Source: Thermoanaerobaculia bacterium
Lineage (GTDB): Bacteria > Acidobacteriota > Thermoanaerobaculia > Multivoradales > UBA5704
Assembly: GCA_044226625.1 (NCBI GenBank)
Contig: JBGAGQ010000001.1
Coordinates: 128,001 to 192,000, forward strand
DNA: 64,000 nt
Reading direction: 5' to 3'
Below, in pieces: positions 19,477-28,556 of the stretch (the first letter of the stretch is position 1; every line of letters starts with the position of its first letter). The notes under the pieces were generated by a model. It was not told the origin of the DNA, did no database searches, and worked only from the letters and a program-made list of their open reading frames with translations. A program made the translations under genes and the position numbers.

Positions 19477-21273
19477 ATGCACATCCCGACGAGGAAAGAT
19501 TCGCTTCCGATCCTTGGTTCGCTCTTGCTCGCCGCGGCCGTCGGTGCCGCGCCTCCGGTCTCGGCCGAGACCGCACCGAAAAGCGCCCCAACGAAATCCG
19601 CGCCGAGCCTCGAGCTCACGCCCTGCACGATCGAAGGGGTGTCGATCCCCGTCCGTTGCGGCCGATACGAGGTGTTCGAGCACCGCGAAGCGAAGAGCGG
19701 GCGGAAGATCGCGCTCAAGGTTGTCGTGCTCCCGGCGACCGGGCCGAATCCCGCACCCGATCCGATCGTCTTCTTCGCCGGCGGCCCGGGCGAGGGGGTG
19801 ACCGACTACGCGCCGGGGGTCGCAAGGAGCGGGATGGTCAAGAAGCGCGACGTCGTCCTGGTCGACGTGCGCGGTACCGGCGGCTCGAATCCCCTCACCT
19901 GCCCGTACCAGACCGACGGCTCCCGCCAGCTCGACCTGCTCGAAGAATTCCTGCCGCTCGAAGGGGTCAAGGCCTGCCGCGCAAAGCTCGAAACGTCGAA
20001 CGATCTTTCGACTTACGTGACTCCGGTTCTGGTCGACGACGTCCACGAGGTGGTCACCGCCCTGGGCTACGACAAGGTCAACCTGTCGGGCGGCTCTTAC
20101 GGCACGTATGCAAGCCAGGCTTACATGCGGCGACATCCCGAAGGGGTCCGGACCGCGATCCTCGAAGGGGTGGTGGCGTTCGACACGCGGCTACCGCTCG
20201 AAGTCGCGCGCAACGCGCAGGCGGCGCTCGACGGCCTCCTCGCCGAGTGCGCCGCCGAAGCGCCCTGCGCCGCCGCCTTCCCCGACCTCGCGGGAGACTT
20301 GCGCACGGTGCTCACGCGCATCAAGGAAAAGCCCGGGCGGGCGACGGTCGTCGATCCCAAGACCGGCAAGGACACCGAGCGCGAGCTCTCCTGGGCGGTC
20401 GTGATCCAGACCCTCCGCTACATGAGCTATTCCTCGGCGAGCGCACAGGAGATCCCGCTCGCGATCCATCTCGCGGCCCACGGCGACTGGTCGATCTTCG
20501 CCCGCAACGCCACGGTGTACGGCGGCGCCCTCGGCGGCATGCCCGACGGCCTCTATCTCTCCGTCACCTGCCCCGAGGACGTGGCGCGCATCCGCGACGA
20601 GGACGTAGCCGCCGCCGTCGCCGGCACTTACCTCGGCGACTACCGGATCCGCCAGCAACGCGGGGCCTGCGCCCTCTGGCCCAAGACGAAGCTGGCCGCA
20701 GACTTCTGGGAGCCGCTCCACTCCTCGATCCCAACGCTCGTGATCAACGGCGAGCGCGATCCGGTAACTCCGGTCAAGGACGCAGTCCTGGTGGCGAAGG
20801 GGTTGTCCAACAGCCGCACGATCATCGTGCCGGACGGCGCCCACGGCTCGGACGGCCTGGAGGGCCTCGATTGCCTCGACGAGATCCAGGGACGGTTCGT
20901 CGATCAGGCGGGCTTCGACGGTCTCGACATCGAGGGGTGCCTCGCTAAGATCCGGCGTCCCCCCTTCCCCACCGCGCCTCCCGCCAAGGCGATCGAGCTG
21001 TCGGCAGAAGAGAAGGAACGCTACGTCGGCACCTACGCAGCGACCGAGCCGCCGCTCGAAATGAAGGTCCGGCTCGACAACGGGCTCCTGTTCGCCGACT
21101 CACCGCTCTCCCCGAACCTCCGCATCTCTCCGCTCTCTCCGAGCGAGTTTCGCATCGACGGCGCGCCGTTCGGGTACGGCTTGCGGTTCGAGATCGCGGC
21201 GGACGGCCCCGCGGCGGCGCTGATCCTGGTCGAGCCGGGACCGAAGGAGACCCGGCTCGCCCGGAAGCCTTAG
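19477..21273 (+). CDS. Secreted alpha/beta hydrolase (TAP-like / S33 peptidase) with a C-terminal beta domain
   Basis: Signal peptide; GGPG, DVRGTG, GGSYG nucleophile, GERDP, AHG; tail YVGTY resembles DUF3471. Confidence 0.88.
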   Translation: MHIPTRKDSLPILGSLLLAAAVGAAPPVSAETAPKSAPTKSAPSLELTPCTIEGVSIPVRCGRYEVFEHREAKSGRKIALKVVVLPATGPNPAPDPIVFFAGGPGEGVTDYAPGVARSGMVKKRDVVLVDVRGTGGSNPLTCPYQTDGSRQLDLLEEFLPLEGVKACRAKLETSNDLSTYVTPVLVDDVHEVVTALGYDKVNLSGGSYGTYASQAYMRRHPEGVRTAILEGVVAFDTRLPLEVARNAQAALDGLLAECAAEAPCAAAFPDLAGDLRTVLTRIKEKPGRATVVDPKTGKDTERELSWAVVIQTLRYMSYSSASAQEIPLAIHLAAHGDWSIFARNATVYGGALGGMPDGLYLSVTCPEDVARIRDEDVAAAVAGTYLGDYRIRQQRGACALWPKTKLAADFWEPLHSSIPTLVINGERDPVTPVKDAVLVAKGLSNSRTIIVPDGAHGSDGLEGLDCLDEIQGRFVDQAGFDGLDIEGCLAKIRRPPFPTAPPAKAIELSAEEKERYVGTYAATEPPLEMKVRLDNGLLFADSPLSPNLRISPLSPSEFRIDGAPFGYGLRFEIAADGPAAALILVEPGPKETRLARKP

Positions 21274-21275
21274 CG

Positions 21276-21400
21276 GGCTGCTGAAAAACTCCATCGTCGC
21301 AAGAGATTCCCTGCGGGCGCCCCTCGTAACTCGCTGAGCTCAGACAGACTCGGGGTCGTCCTCTGGAACTTTGCGAAGTAGAGAGAGTTTTTCAGCAGCC
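21276..21400. mobile_element. 125 bp MITE-like element with perfect 16 bp terminal inverted repeats
   Basis: GGCTGCTGAAAAACTC...GAGTTTTTCAGCAGCC; no coding capacity; a homologous copy lies at 30882..31002. Confidence 0.75.
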
Positions 21401-21515
21401 TAGGGGACCGGACATCGTTCGGACGAGCACCTCGACCCTCGTGGCCCGCGCCTCTCCCCGGAGAGGCGCGGGCGTGTTCTGATCTGAAGGCTTCGCCCAC
21501 CGATTCGCTCAGGAG

Positions 21516-23960
21516 GTGACCACGATGTCGACCGCGAGCTCGAGCCCCTGGATCGCCGACCTCCGTCACGCGGCGCGCGCTCTCGCGAAACGCCCCGGAT
21601 TCACCCTCATGGCCGTCGCGACGCTCGCCCTCGCGATCGGGGCGAACGCCGGGATGTTCGGCGTCATCCACACGGTCCTGCTCGATCCGCTGCCGTACGC
21701 AAACGCCGACCGGCTGGTCGAGATCGCCGGCACCGCGCCGGGCTCCGATTTCCCGGCGGAGTTCGCGGTGGCGCCCGAGTTCTACCTCGAATACCGCGAG
21801 CGCTCGAAGCTGCTCGAAGACGTCGCGATCTACAACTCGTTCACCTCGACCCTCCGGGTCGGCGACCGGGTCGAGCGCATCCGCATGTCGGCCCCGACCA
21901 ACTCGCTCTACTCGACGCTCGGCGCCCGCCCGCGCCTCGGCCGGTTGCCCGTCCCCGCCGATGAGTCGCACACGGTGGTGATCGGCGACGAGCTCTGGCG
22001 AACCTGGTTCGGCGCCGACCCGGCGGTGGTCGGCAAGACCTTCGACGTTTCGGGCGAGCGGCGCCAGGTAATTGGCGTCATGGGCCCGGAGTTCAAGTTC
22101 CCCAACGACGGCACCCTGCTCTGGATCTCGCGGGAGCTCCGCGCGAGCGAGATCGAGCCCGGCAACTTCGGCTCTCGACTGGTCGGGCGGATCGCCCCCG
22201 GCGCCTCGCTGGACGCGGTGGCGAACGAGCTGACCACGATCGCCCGCGATCTCCCAGAGCGCTTCGGCGGACCAGCGACCTACGAGCGCCTGATCGGCCA
22301 GCACCGCGCGCTGGTCCGGCCGCTCCTCGACGAGATGCTCGGACCGGCGGCGAAATCGCTCTGGGTGCTCGTGGTCGCCGTGGTCCTCGTGCTGCTGATC
22401 GCCTGCGCGAACGTCACGAACCTCTTCATGGTGCGCGCGGAAGGGCGCCTGCGCGACCTCGCGATCCGGCGCGCCGTAGGCGCATCGCGGGGGCAGGTGA
22501 TCCGCGTCCAGCTCGCCGAAACGCTGGTGGTGGCGGCGCTCGCCGGAGTCTTCGCCGCGCTGCTCGCCGGCCTAGCGCTGCCGATCTTCCTGCGCATGGC
22601 GCCACGCATTCCGCGGCTCGACGAGGTCCATGTGGACGGCGCGACCCTCGCCTTCACGGCCGTCGCGGCCCTGCTCTCGGGCCTCGCGTGCGGACTGATC
22701 CCCGCATGGCGCGCCTCCGGCCAGGATCCGCTCGGCCGCCTGCGGGAAGGTGGGCGGAGCGCGACCCCCGGCCGTCGTCTGCTCAGAGACGGGTTGGTCG
22801 TCGGGCAGACCGCCCTCGCTCTCTTCCTGCTGATCGGCTCGGGACTCCTGGTACGCAGCTTCCACGCGCTCCGCGACGTCGACCCCGGCTACGACACGCG
22901 CGACGTGTTCACCTTCCAGTTCGCCCCCGAGCAGGAGAATCTCCACGACGGCCCCTCGTGGGCGCGTTTCCATCTCGCGTTCCTCGACCGGCTGGCCGCC
23001 GTGCCCGGGATCCAGTCGGTCGGCCTGGTCGAGAACGTTCCGCTCAACGAGGGAACGAACGACGACCGCTTCCGGAGCGAGGAGATGGCGGCCGATCCGG
23101 ACGCCGGGCCGCTCCTCCATTACACCTGGAGCGCCGGGAGCTACTTCCGCACGATGGGCATCTCCGTGCTCGAAGGGCGGACGCTCACGGCCGACGATCA
23201 GCTGGGCGGCGGCGCAGTCAACGTGGTGATCAGCCGCTCCGCCGCGCGTCTGCTCTGGCCGGGCAAGAGCGCCCTCGGCCGCCGGCTCCAGCCGCACAGC
23301 GAGCCGGAGGCCTGGTTCACCGTGGTGGGCGTGGTCGACGACGTGCTGCAGGACGACTTCCGTGACGCGCCAGAGGCGCTGGTCTACTTGCCGCTCGCGG
23401 GTCCGAAACCCGACAGCTGGCAGGTCACCTCTCCCGCCTACGTGCTCAAGACCGCGCGCGCCGAGGTGATCGCCCCGGAGATCCGCGAGCTGGTCCGCGC
23501 GGTCGCGCCGGAGGCGCCGATGTACCGGGTCTACACGATGGCGGGGCTCGCCGCCGATTCGATGACGAACCTCTCGTTCACCATGCTCACGCTCGGCGTG
23601 CTCTCCGGGCTCGCCCTGCTGCTCGGCGCGATCGGACTCTACGGCGTCCTCTCGTACGCGGTCGCAGAGCGAAAGCGAGAGATCGGCGTCCGCATGGCGC
23701 TCGGCGCCACGGCCGGTGCGGTGCGCCGGATGGTGATCGCCCAAGGCGCCGGAGTCGTCGGTCTCGGGCTCCTGATCGGCCTCGCGGCCTCGCTCGCTTC
23801 GTCCCGGGTGGTCGCGAGCCTGCTCTACGGCGTCAAGGCGTCGGACCCGGCGACCTTCGCCGCCATGTCCCTGCTGATGGCGGCCGTCGGCGTCTTCGCC
23901 TGCTACCTACCGGCGCAACGGGCATCGAACGTCGATCCGCTGGAGGCGCTGCGCGACTGA
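21516..23960 (+). CDS. ABC transporter permease, duplicated MacB/FtsX (ADOP type)
   Basis: DLRHAARAL.KRPGFT, LLIACANV, AIRRAVGA, REIGVRMALGA, VDPLEALR; no adjacent ATPase. Confidence 0.92.
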   Translation: MTTMSTASSSPWIADLRHAARALAKRPGFTLMAVATLALAIGANAGMFGVIHTVLLDPLPYANADRLVEIAGTAPGSDFPAEFAVAPEFYLEYRERSKLLEDVAIYNSFTSTLRVGDRVERIRMSAPTNSLYSTLGARPRLGRLPVPADESHTVVIGDELWRTWFGADPAVVGKTFDVSGERRQVIGVMGPEFKFPNDGTLLWISRELRASEIEPGNFGSRLVGRIAPGASLDAVANELTTIARDLPERFGGPATYERLIGQHRALVRPLLDEMLGPAAKSLWVLVVAVVLVLLIACANVTNLFMVRAEGRLRDLAIRRAVGASRGQVIRVQLAETLVVAALAGVFAALLAGLALPIFLRMAPRIPRLDEVHVDGATLAFTAVAALLSGLACGLIPAWRASGQDPLGRLREGGRSATPGRRLLRDGLVVGQTALALFLLIGSGLLVRSFHALRDVDPGYDTRDVFTFQFAPEQENLHDGPSWARFHLAFLDRLAAVPGIQSVGLVENVPLNEGTNDDRFRSEEMAADPDAGPLLHYTWSAGSYFRTMGISVLEGRTLTADDQLGGGAVNVVISRSAARLLWPGKSALGRRLQPHSEPEAWFTVVGVVDDVLQDDFRDAPEALVYLPLAGPKPDSWQVTSPAYVLKTARAEVIAPEIRELVRAVAPEAPMYRVYTMAGLAADSMTNLSFTMLTLGVLSGLALLLGAIGLYGVLSYAVAERKREIGVRMALGATAGAVRRMVIAQGAGVVGLGLLIGLAASLASSRVVASLLYGVKASDPATFAAMSLLMAAVGVFACYLPAQRASNVDPLEALRD

Positions 23961-24000
23961 CGCATCGGAACGGCTCACGCGGATCCGGCTCGGCGCCTTC

Positions 24001-26706
24001 TCAACGGAAGGCGCCGAGCAGCGCTTCGAGCGCCGGCAGCGCCTCCGGGATCGCCTTGTCCAGCTTCTTCCGGCAATCCGAATCGAATTCCTGAGGCCCG
24101 GCCTGGAGCTCGAGGTCTCGCTCGGCATCGAAGAAGAGGGGGCAGTTGCGTGCTCCTTTCTCGTGGCTGTCGACCCGGGCGAAAAACCCCGCCAACCCGG
24201 TGACCGTGAGGTTCGCGAGCGCCCGCTCGGTCGCGCGGCCCTCCGCCGAGAGACCTTCGAAGCCGGCGAACGAGAAGACGACGACTCGGGGTTTCCCGTC
24301 CTCCGGCCACCAACCGTAGAGGTTCAGCCACTCGCTGTCGCGCATCCAGTGGCGGGTGATACAGATCAGAAGGTCCACCCGGAGCTCGCCGGGCTTCTTC
24401 TCCAATCGCTGCGCCAGCCGGTCAGCAGATAGATAGGGCGTGCCGTCCGGCGCGGGGGGATCGAGATCCCAAACGTCCAGGGGTGGCGAAAGGGTCACCA
24501 GCTCGAAGGCGAACGCGCTTTGGACGTGGTTCATGGTCTCGAGCGTCGACTCGAGAGAAGGGAAAACTCCGTCGATGTCCAGAACCGCCACGCGAGCCAT
24601 CCGGCCGCTCGTCGCCTGCCGCCTCTGCTGCCGACCAGCCCCTTCCGGGAACGGCACGAACGCCGAGGTCGCCTCGACGAGGGTCATGTGGGGATCGCGG
24701 GCATAAACCACGGGAATCGCCCAATCGATCGCCTCCCCGCCCGAGTAATTGACGGAGATGCGCGCCTCCCGCGCCGCCTGGCCCAGCGATAGACCGTGCG
24801 CGAGCGACCAATAGAAATATTGGGCGAACGAGGTGGCGGACGAATCGAGCACGCTGTATTGGTTGGCGACCAGGGCCGGAAGTCCCCGCGCCACCAGCGA
24901 CTGGGCCACCCCCTTGTTGAAGTCGGAGAGAGATCCCGTTCCGGTCTGGCAGGCGTTCAAAAACACCAGACTGACACCGCGTTGGCAGAGGATCTCCCGC
25001 ACGGAGCGCTCGGAGAGTCGCACAGCGCCGCCTCGATCGTCCTCGAAGACCAGGAACCCTTCCCGCGCCTCGTCATCGAACCCGCCGTGTCCGATGAAGT
25101 GGACGACCTGAAACTCCCCTGTCGCCAACCGGCCTTGGAGCACCGCCGGCGTCACCCGCGCTTCGACCTCGATCACCGCCAGCCCCGCCTCGACGAGGGG
25201 CGCGAAGCCGCGACCGATGACCTCCTCCTCCTGCGCGACGGACAGGCGCTCGAAGGCGACCGGCTGCGCCGAGACGACCAGGATGCGGAGCGGGCCGCCG
25301 CGCGGCGGCACCGCGTCTGCCGGCACCGCCGTGAGCACGTTGCGGACGAAATGCACCTCCTCGGTCGCGAGGAAGCTCTGCCGCGCCTGGTCGTACGCGA
25401 ACTCCCACGGCTTCTCGGCGATCCAAGGGATCATCGAGGTGAAGACGAAGTCGAGGCGGCCCGTCGCCTGCCGCGTCCGCGCCACGTCGTAGAGACGTCG
25501 CACGTCGCCCTGGAAAAGGGTGTCGAAAAGCCTCCGGCCGAAGGCGAGCAGCTCCTCGTCGGTGGGGAGCGATCCGCGCTGCCGGTTGGTGTACCCCTTG
25601 AGGCGCTCGTGCAGCGCGATGATCTTGCCGAACTCGGTGGACTCTTCGTCCTCCTCCTTGCGCAGGCGCAACGAAGCGGTGACCCTCGCGCCGCAGAAGC
25701 TCGCGAACAGGCGGGCGAAACGTCGATCCAAGCTGCCCTGTCCCGTGTCACCGTCGAAATCGTCCAGCACCACCAGATGGAACGCCTCGTGATCGGAAGC
25801 GCGGGCGGGCGCTCGTCCGGGGGCCGCCAGAACCTGGGCCCGTTCGGAGGCGGTACCCGCCGCGAGCGACGCGAGCGGAAGGGCTGGCGCCTGCTGGGGA
25901 GCGGCCGGCTTGAGCGCGCCCGCCTTCGGGTAGACCTTCGCCGCGAAGGCGAAATCCTTTTCGTTGATGTCCGTGCCGCCAACGATCGGTTCGCCGTCTT
26001 TGGTGATCTCTCCGGGGATCTGATAGCACATGATCGAGGTCGGGTCGGCTTCGGTCGTGCCGAAGATCGATTTCGCGGCAAGCGGCGTGAGCACCTGCTG
26101 GATCGTCTCCTCGCGGGTCCAACCCTGGTCCCGATCGTAGAACGCGATCGCCTTCTTTCGATCGATCCGCCGCACCAGCTCCCGCCGCATGTGCTCGTGA
26201 TCGAACCCGAGCGTATGCCCCGTCTCGTGCCGCACGACGCGGCGAAACTCCGCCTCCGAGACCTTCATCGTGAACCCTTCGAGGTTCATCGTCGGCTGGG
26301 CGTCGTCGATCGCCAGGATGTCGGTCCCGATCAACGACCAATACCCCGCCGACTCCGCCGGGCTGTCGAGGCGGGCGATCCGCACCTGCCCCGTCCCCGC
26401 CGTTTCCGTGAAGCTTACGTTCGCGGTCTGATTCCAGGCGTTCATGTGCGACAGGATGCGCGTCCGGAGATCTTTCGGCGGGTTGTCCAGAAACTGGACT
26501 GTCAGCCGAACGCCTGAAGCCGGCCACCGGTTGCCGACCACCAACGCCAGGCGGCGCGGCCCTCCTCGCCTCCCCGGAGGGGTCCGCAGCACGGTATGGC
26601 TCTCGAACGCGTTCTCCGGATTGATCGAGAGCGCGTGGCGTTGCGCCCTCTCGGCTTGTTCCGGAGTCAAGACTCTCGTGCGGCAGGCGATGAAGGGCGC
26701 GGGCAT
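24001..26706 (-). CDS. Astacin-like metalloprotease fused to a CHAT (caspase-like) domain and a C-terminal domain
   Basis: HETGHTLGFDHEH with SIMCY Met-turn; CHAT motifs PWE, VHFIGHG, VFLNAC, WAIPVVY. Confidence 0.88.
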   Translation of the reverse strand: MPAPFIACRTRVLTPEQAERAQRHALSINPENAFESHTVLRTPPGRRGGPRRLALVVGNRWPASGVRLTVQFLDNPPKDLRTRILSHMNAWNQTANVSFTETAGTGQVRIARLDSPAESAGYWSLIGTDILAIDDAQPTMNLEGFTMKVSEAEFRRVVRHETGHTLGFDHEHMRRELVRRIDRKKAIAFYDRDQGWTREETIQQVLTPLAAKSIFGTTEADPTSIMCYQIPGEITKDGEPIVGGTDINEKDFAFAAKVYPKAGALKPAAPQQAPALPLASLAAGTASERAQVLAAPGRAPARASDHEAFHLVVLDDFDGDTGQGSLDRRFARLFASFCGARVTASLRLRKEEDEESTEFGKIIALHERLKGYTNRQRGSLPTDEELLAFGRRLFDTLFQGDVRRLYDVARTRQATGRLDFVFTSMIPWIAEKPWEFAYDQARQSFLATEEVHFVRNVLTAVPADAVPPRGGPLRILVVSAQPVAFERLSVAQEEEVIGRGFAPLVEAGLAVIEVEARVTPAVLQGRLATGEFQVVHFIGHGGFDDEAREGFLVFEDDRGGAVRLSERSVREILCQRGVSLVFLNACQTGTGSLSDFNKGVAQSLVARGLPALVANQYSVLDSSATSFAQYFYWSLAHGLSLGQAAREARISVNYSGGEAIDWAIPVVYARDPHMTLVEATSAFVPFPEGAGRQQRRQATSGRMARVAVLDIDGVFPSLESTLETMNHVQSAFAFELVTLSPPLDVWDLDPPAPDGTPYLSADRLAQRLEKKPGELRVDLLICITRHWMRDSEWLNLYGWWPEDGKPRVVVFSFAGFEGLSAEGRATERALANLTVTGLAGFFARVDSHEKGARNCPLFFDAERDLELQAGPQEFDSDCRKKLDKAIPEALPALEALLGAFR

Positions 26707-26922
26707 GGGGGCTCCTCTCTCCAGGCCGTTCGATGGATCGAAGGACCGCGATCGTCGATGCCAGGATCGAACCGGGGGACGGACTCGGTTCTCGAATTTC
26801 GGACTCGTGGGTCTCGTCTAATGGAGAGAGTGCCGCCCGAGGTGCCAAGGGGCGACCGGCCGGCCAAGGGCGACCGCGACGAACCCACCGCCGCGCGTCG
26901 CCGACCTCCCGCAGGCTCCTCG

Positions 26923-26948
26923 GTAACCGGAATCCCCCCTCCGGCATA
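26923..26948 (+). promoter_or_regulatory. ECF-type promoter motif, copy 1
   Basis: GTAAC-N13-CCGGCATA, about 100 nt upstream of the YHS gene; recurs at 31009 and 38365. Confidence 0.65.
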
Positions 26949-27049
26949 ACCCACCCCGAGCACGGCTTCCGCGGCCCTTCGCCGCATCCATCGAAAAGCA
27001 CGACGGCGGTTTCGATTTCGGGCGCGTTCGCGCCCCTGAGGAGACTTGT

Positions 27050-27946
27050 GTGAAAAACCTGGCTCGGCTCGCCCTACGGGTTACGGCCCTGACCCTCTTA
27101 CTCGCTCCGCTCGGCGTACGCGCCGAGGAGAAGGATCTCTTCGGCGACGCGCTGGCGACCACCCGCGTGGTGGTCAACAAGACCAAGGACGGTGTGGCCC
27201 TTCAAGGCTATGACGCGGTCGCCTACCTTACCGACAACAAACCGGTGGAGGGCTCGCCCAAGCTCCGTTCACGCTACAAGGGGGCGATCTACCAGTTCGC
27301 CACGTCCGAGCACAAGATGATGTTCGACGCCGATCCGGCCAGATACGAGCCGCAGTTCGGCGGCTATTGCGGCTACGCCGCATCGATCAACCGGCTGTCG
27401 CCGATCGATCCCAAGATCTTCCAGGTGCTCGACGGCCGCCTCGTGCTCCAGCACAACCAGAAGGCGTGGAACCTGTGGAACGAAGACGTTCCGGGAAACC
27501 TCGCGAAAGCCGACGCCAACTGGCCTGGCCTGGTCGATCGCAACGGCACCGGCGGCAAGGTTCTGGTCAACGTCGACAAAGACGGCGTCGCCCTCGAAGG
27601 GCACGATCCGGTTGCCTATTTCACGGTCGGCAAGCCGGTGAAGGGCGATCCCACGATCGACGCGGTCTACAACGGCGCGCGCTATTTCTTCTCGTCCAAG
27701 GAGAACCGCGAGACCTTCGAGCGCGCCCCCGCTCACTACGCACCGCAGTTCGGCGGCTTCTGCGGGTACGCGGCGTCGATCCACAAGGTCTCACCGGTCG
27801 ACGTGAACATCTTTCAGATCATCAACGATCGCCTGGTGCTGCAACACACGCCCAAGGCCTACAACCTGTTCAACGAAGACCCGCAGACGAACCTCAAGAA
27901 GGCCGATGCGAATTGGCCGGACCTGACCGAAAAAAACGGTCACTGA
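27050..27946 (+). CDS. Secreted tandem YHS-domain protein (YHS (seleno)protein family, Cys form)
   Basis: Two repeats of ALxGxDxVAY...G...Y.F...F...P..Y.PQFGG(Y/F)CGYAA...KADANWP; signal peptide. Confidence 0.85.
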   Translation: MKNLARLALRVTALTLLLAPLGVRAEEKDLFGDALATTRVVVNKTKDGVALQGYDAVAYLTDNKPVEGSPKLRSRYKGAIYQFATSEHKMMFDADPARYEPQFGGYCGYAASINRLSPIDPKIFQVLDGRLVLQHNQKAWNLWNEDVPGNLAKADANWPGLVDRNGTGGKVLVNVDKDGVALEGHDPVAYFTVGKPVKGDPTIDAVYNGARYFFSSKENRETFERAPAHYAPQFGGFCGYAASIHKVSPVDVNIFQIINDRLVLQHTPKAYNLFNEDPQTNLKKADANWPDLTEKNGH

Positions 27947-28044
27947 AACACCGGCCCTGACCATTCGAAAGGGAGCGGAGGCACGCTCCGCCCCTACCTC
28001 TTTAGCCATCCGCTTTTCTGAACACCATTCGAGGAGAAGATCCC

Positions 28045-28545
28045 ATGAAGAGAACGCCCCTTCGGCGCCTGGCCCTCGCGCTCGTCGCCTTTGCCCTTCC
28101 CGCGCTCGCCCAGGCCCAGAGCCCGACCTCGGACGAGAAGAACCTGACCCTCGAAGGCGCCAAGCAGGTGCTCGCCGCCGCGATCGTCGTCGCGAAGAAC
28201 GACGACTCGAAGACCGGCGCGATCGCCGTAGTCGATCGGAGCGGCAATCTGATCGCGCTCGAACGGCTCGACGGCACGTTCCCCGCCGCTGGCCAAGTCG
28301 CGACCGGCAAGGCACGCACCGCCGCTCTGTTTCAAAAAGCCACTCGGAATTTCGAGGACAGCATTAACAAGGGGCGCACCGCTCTCGTCGCGGTCGACGG
28401 CATGACCCCCTTGAAGGGTGGCGTGCCGATCGTGATCGACGGCAAGATCGTAGGCGCCGTCGGGGTGAGCGGGGCCGCGAGCCAGGACCGCGACGACGAG
28501 ATCGCCACGGCGGGAGCCGGGGCGTTCGCCGCCGCGGGGCACTGA
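28045..28545 (+). CDS. GlcG/HbpS family heme-binding protein, exported
   Basis: IAVVD.SG.L...RLDG, ATGKARTA, GGVPI...GAVGVSG...D; signal peptide. Confidence 0.9.
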   Translation: MKRTPLRRLALALVAFALPALAQAQSPTSDEKNLTLEGAKQVLAAAIVVAKNDDSKTGAIAVVDRSGNLIALERLDGTFPAAGQVATGKARTAALFQKATRNFEDSINKGRTALVAVDGMTPLKGGVPIVIDGKIVGAVGVSGAASQDRDDEIATAGAGAFAAAGH

Positions 28546-28556
28546 GGATCGGGACG

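Noticed and set aside
17201-19801. 866 aa plus-strand ORF, and the idea that fdhF is a pseudogene
   Set aside because: The ORF is antisense to FDH; the internal TGA is at the catalytic position and has a SECIS
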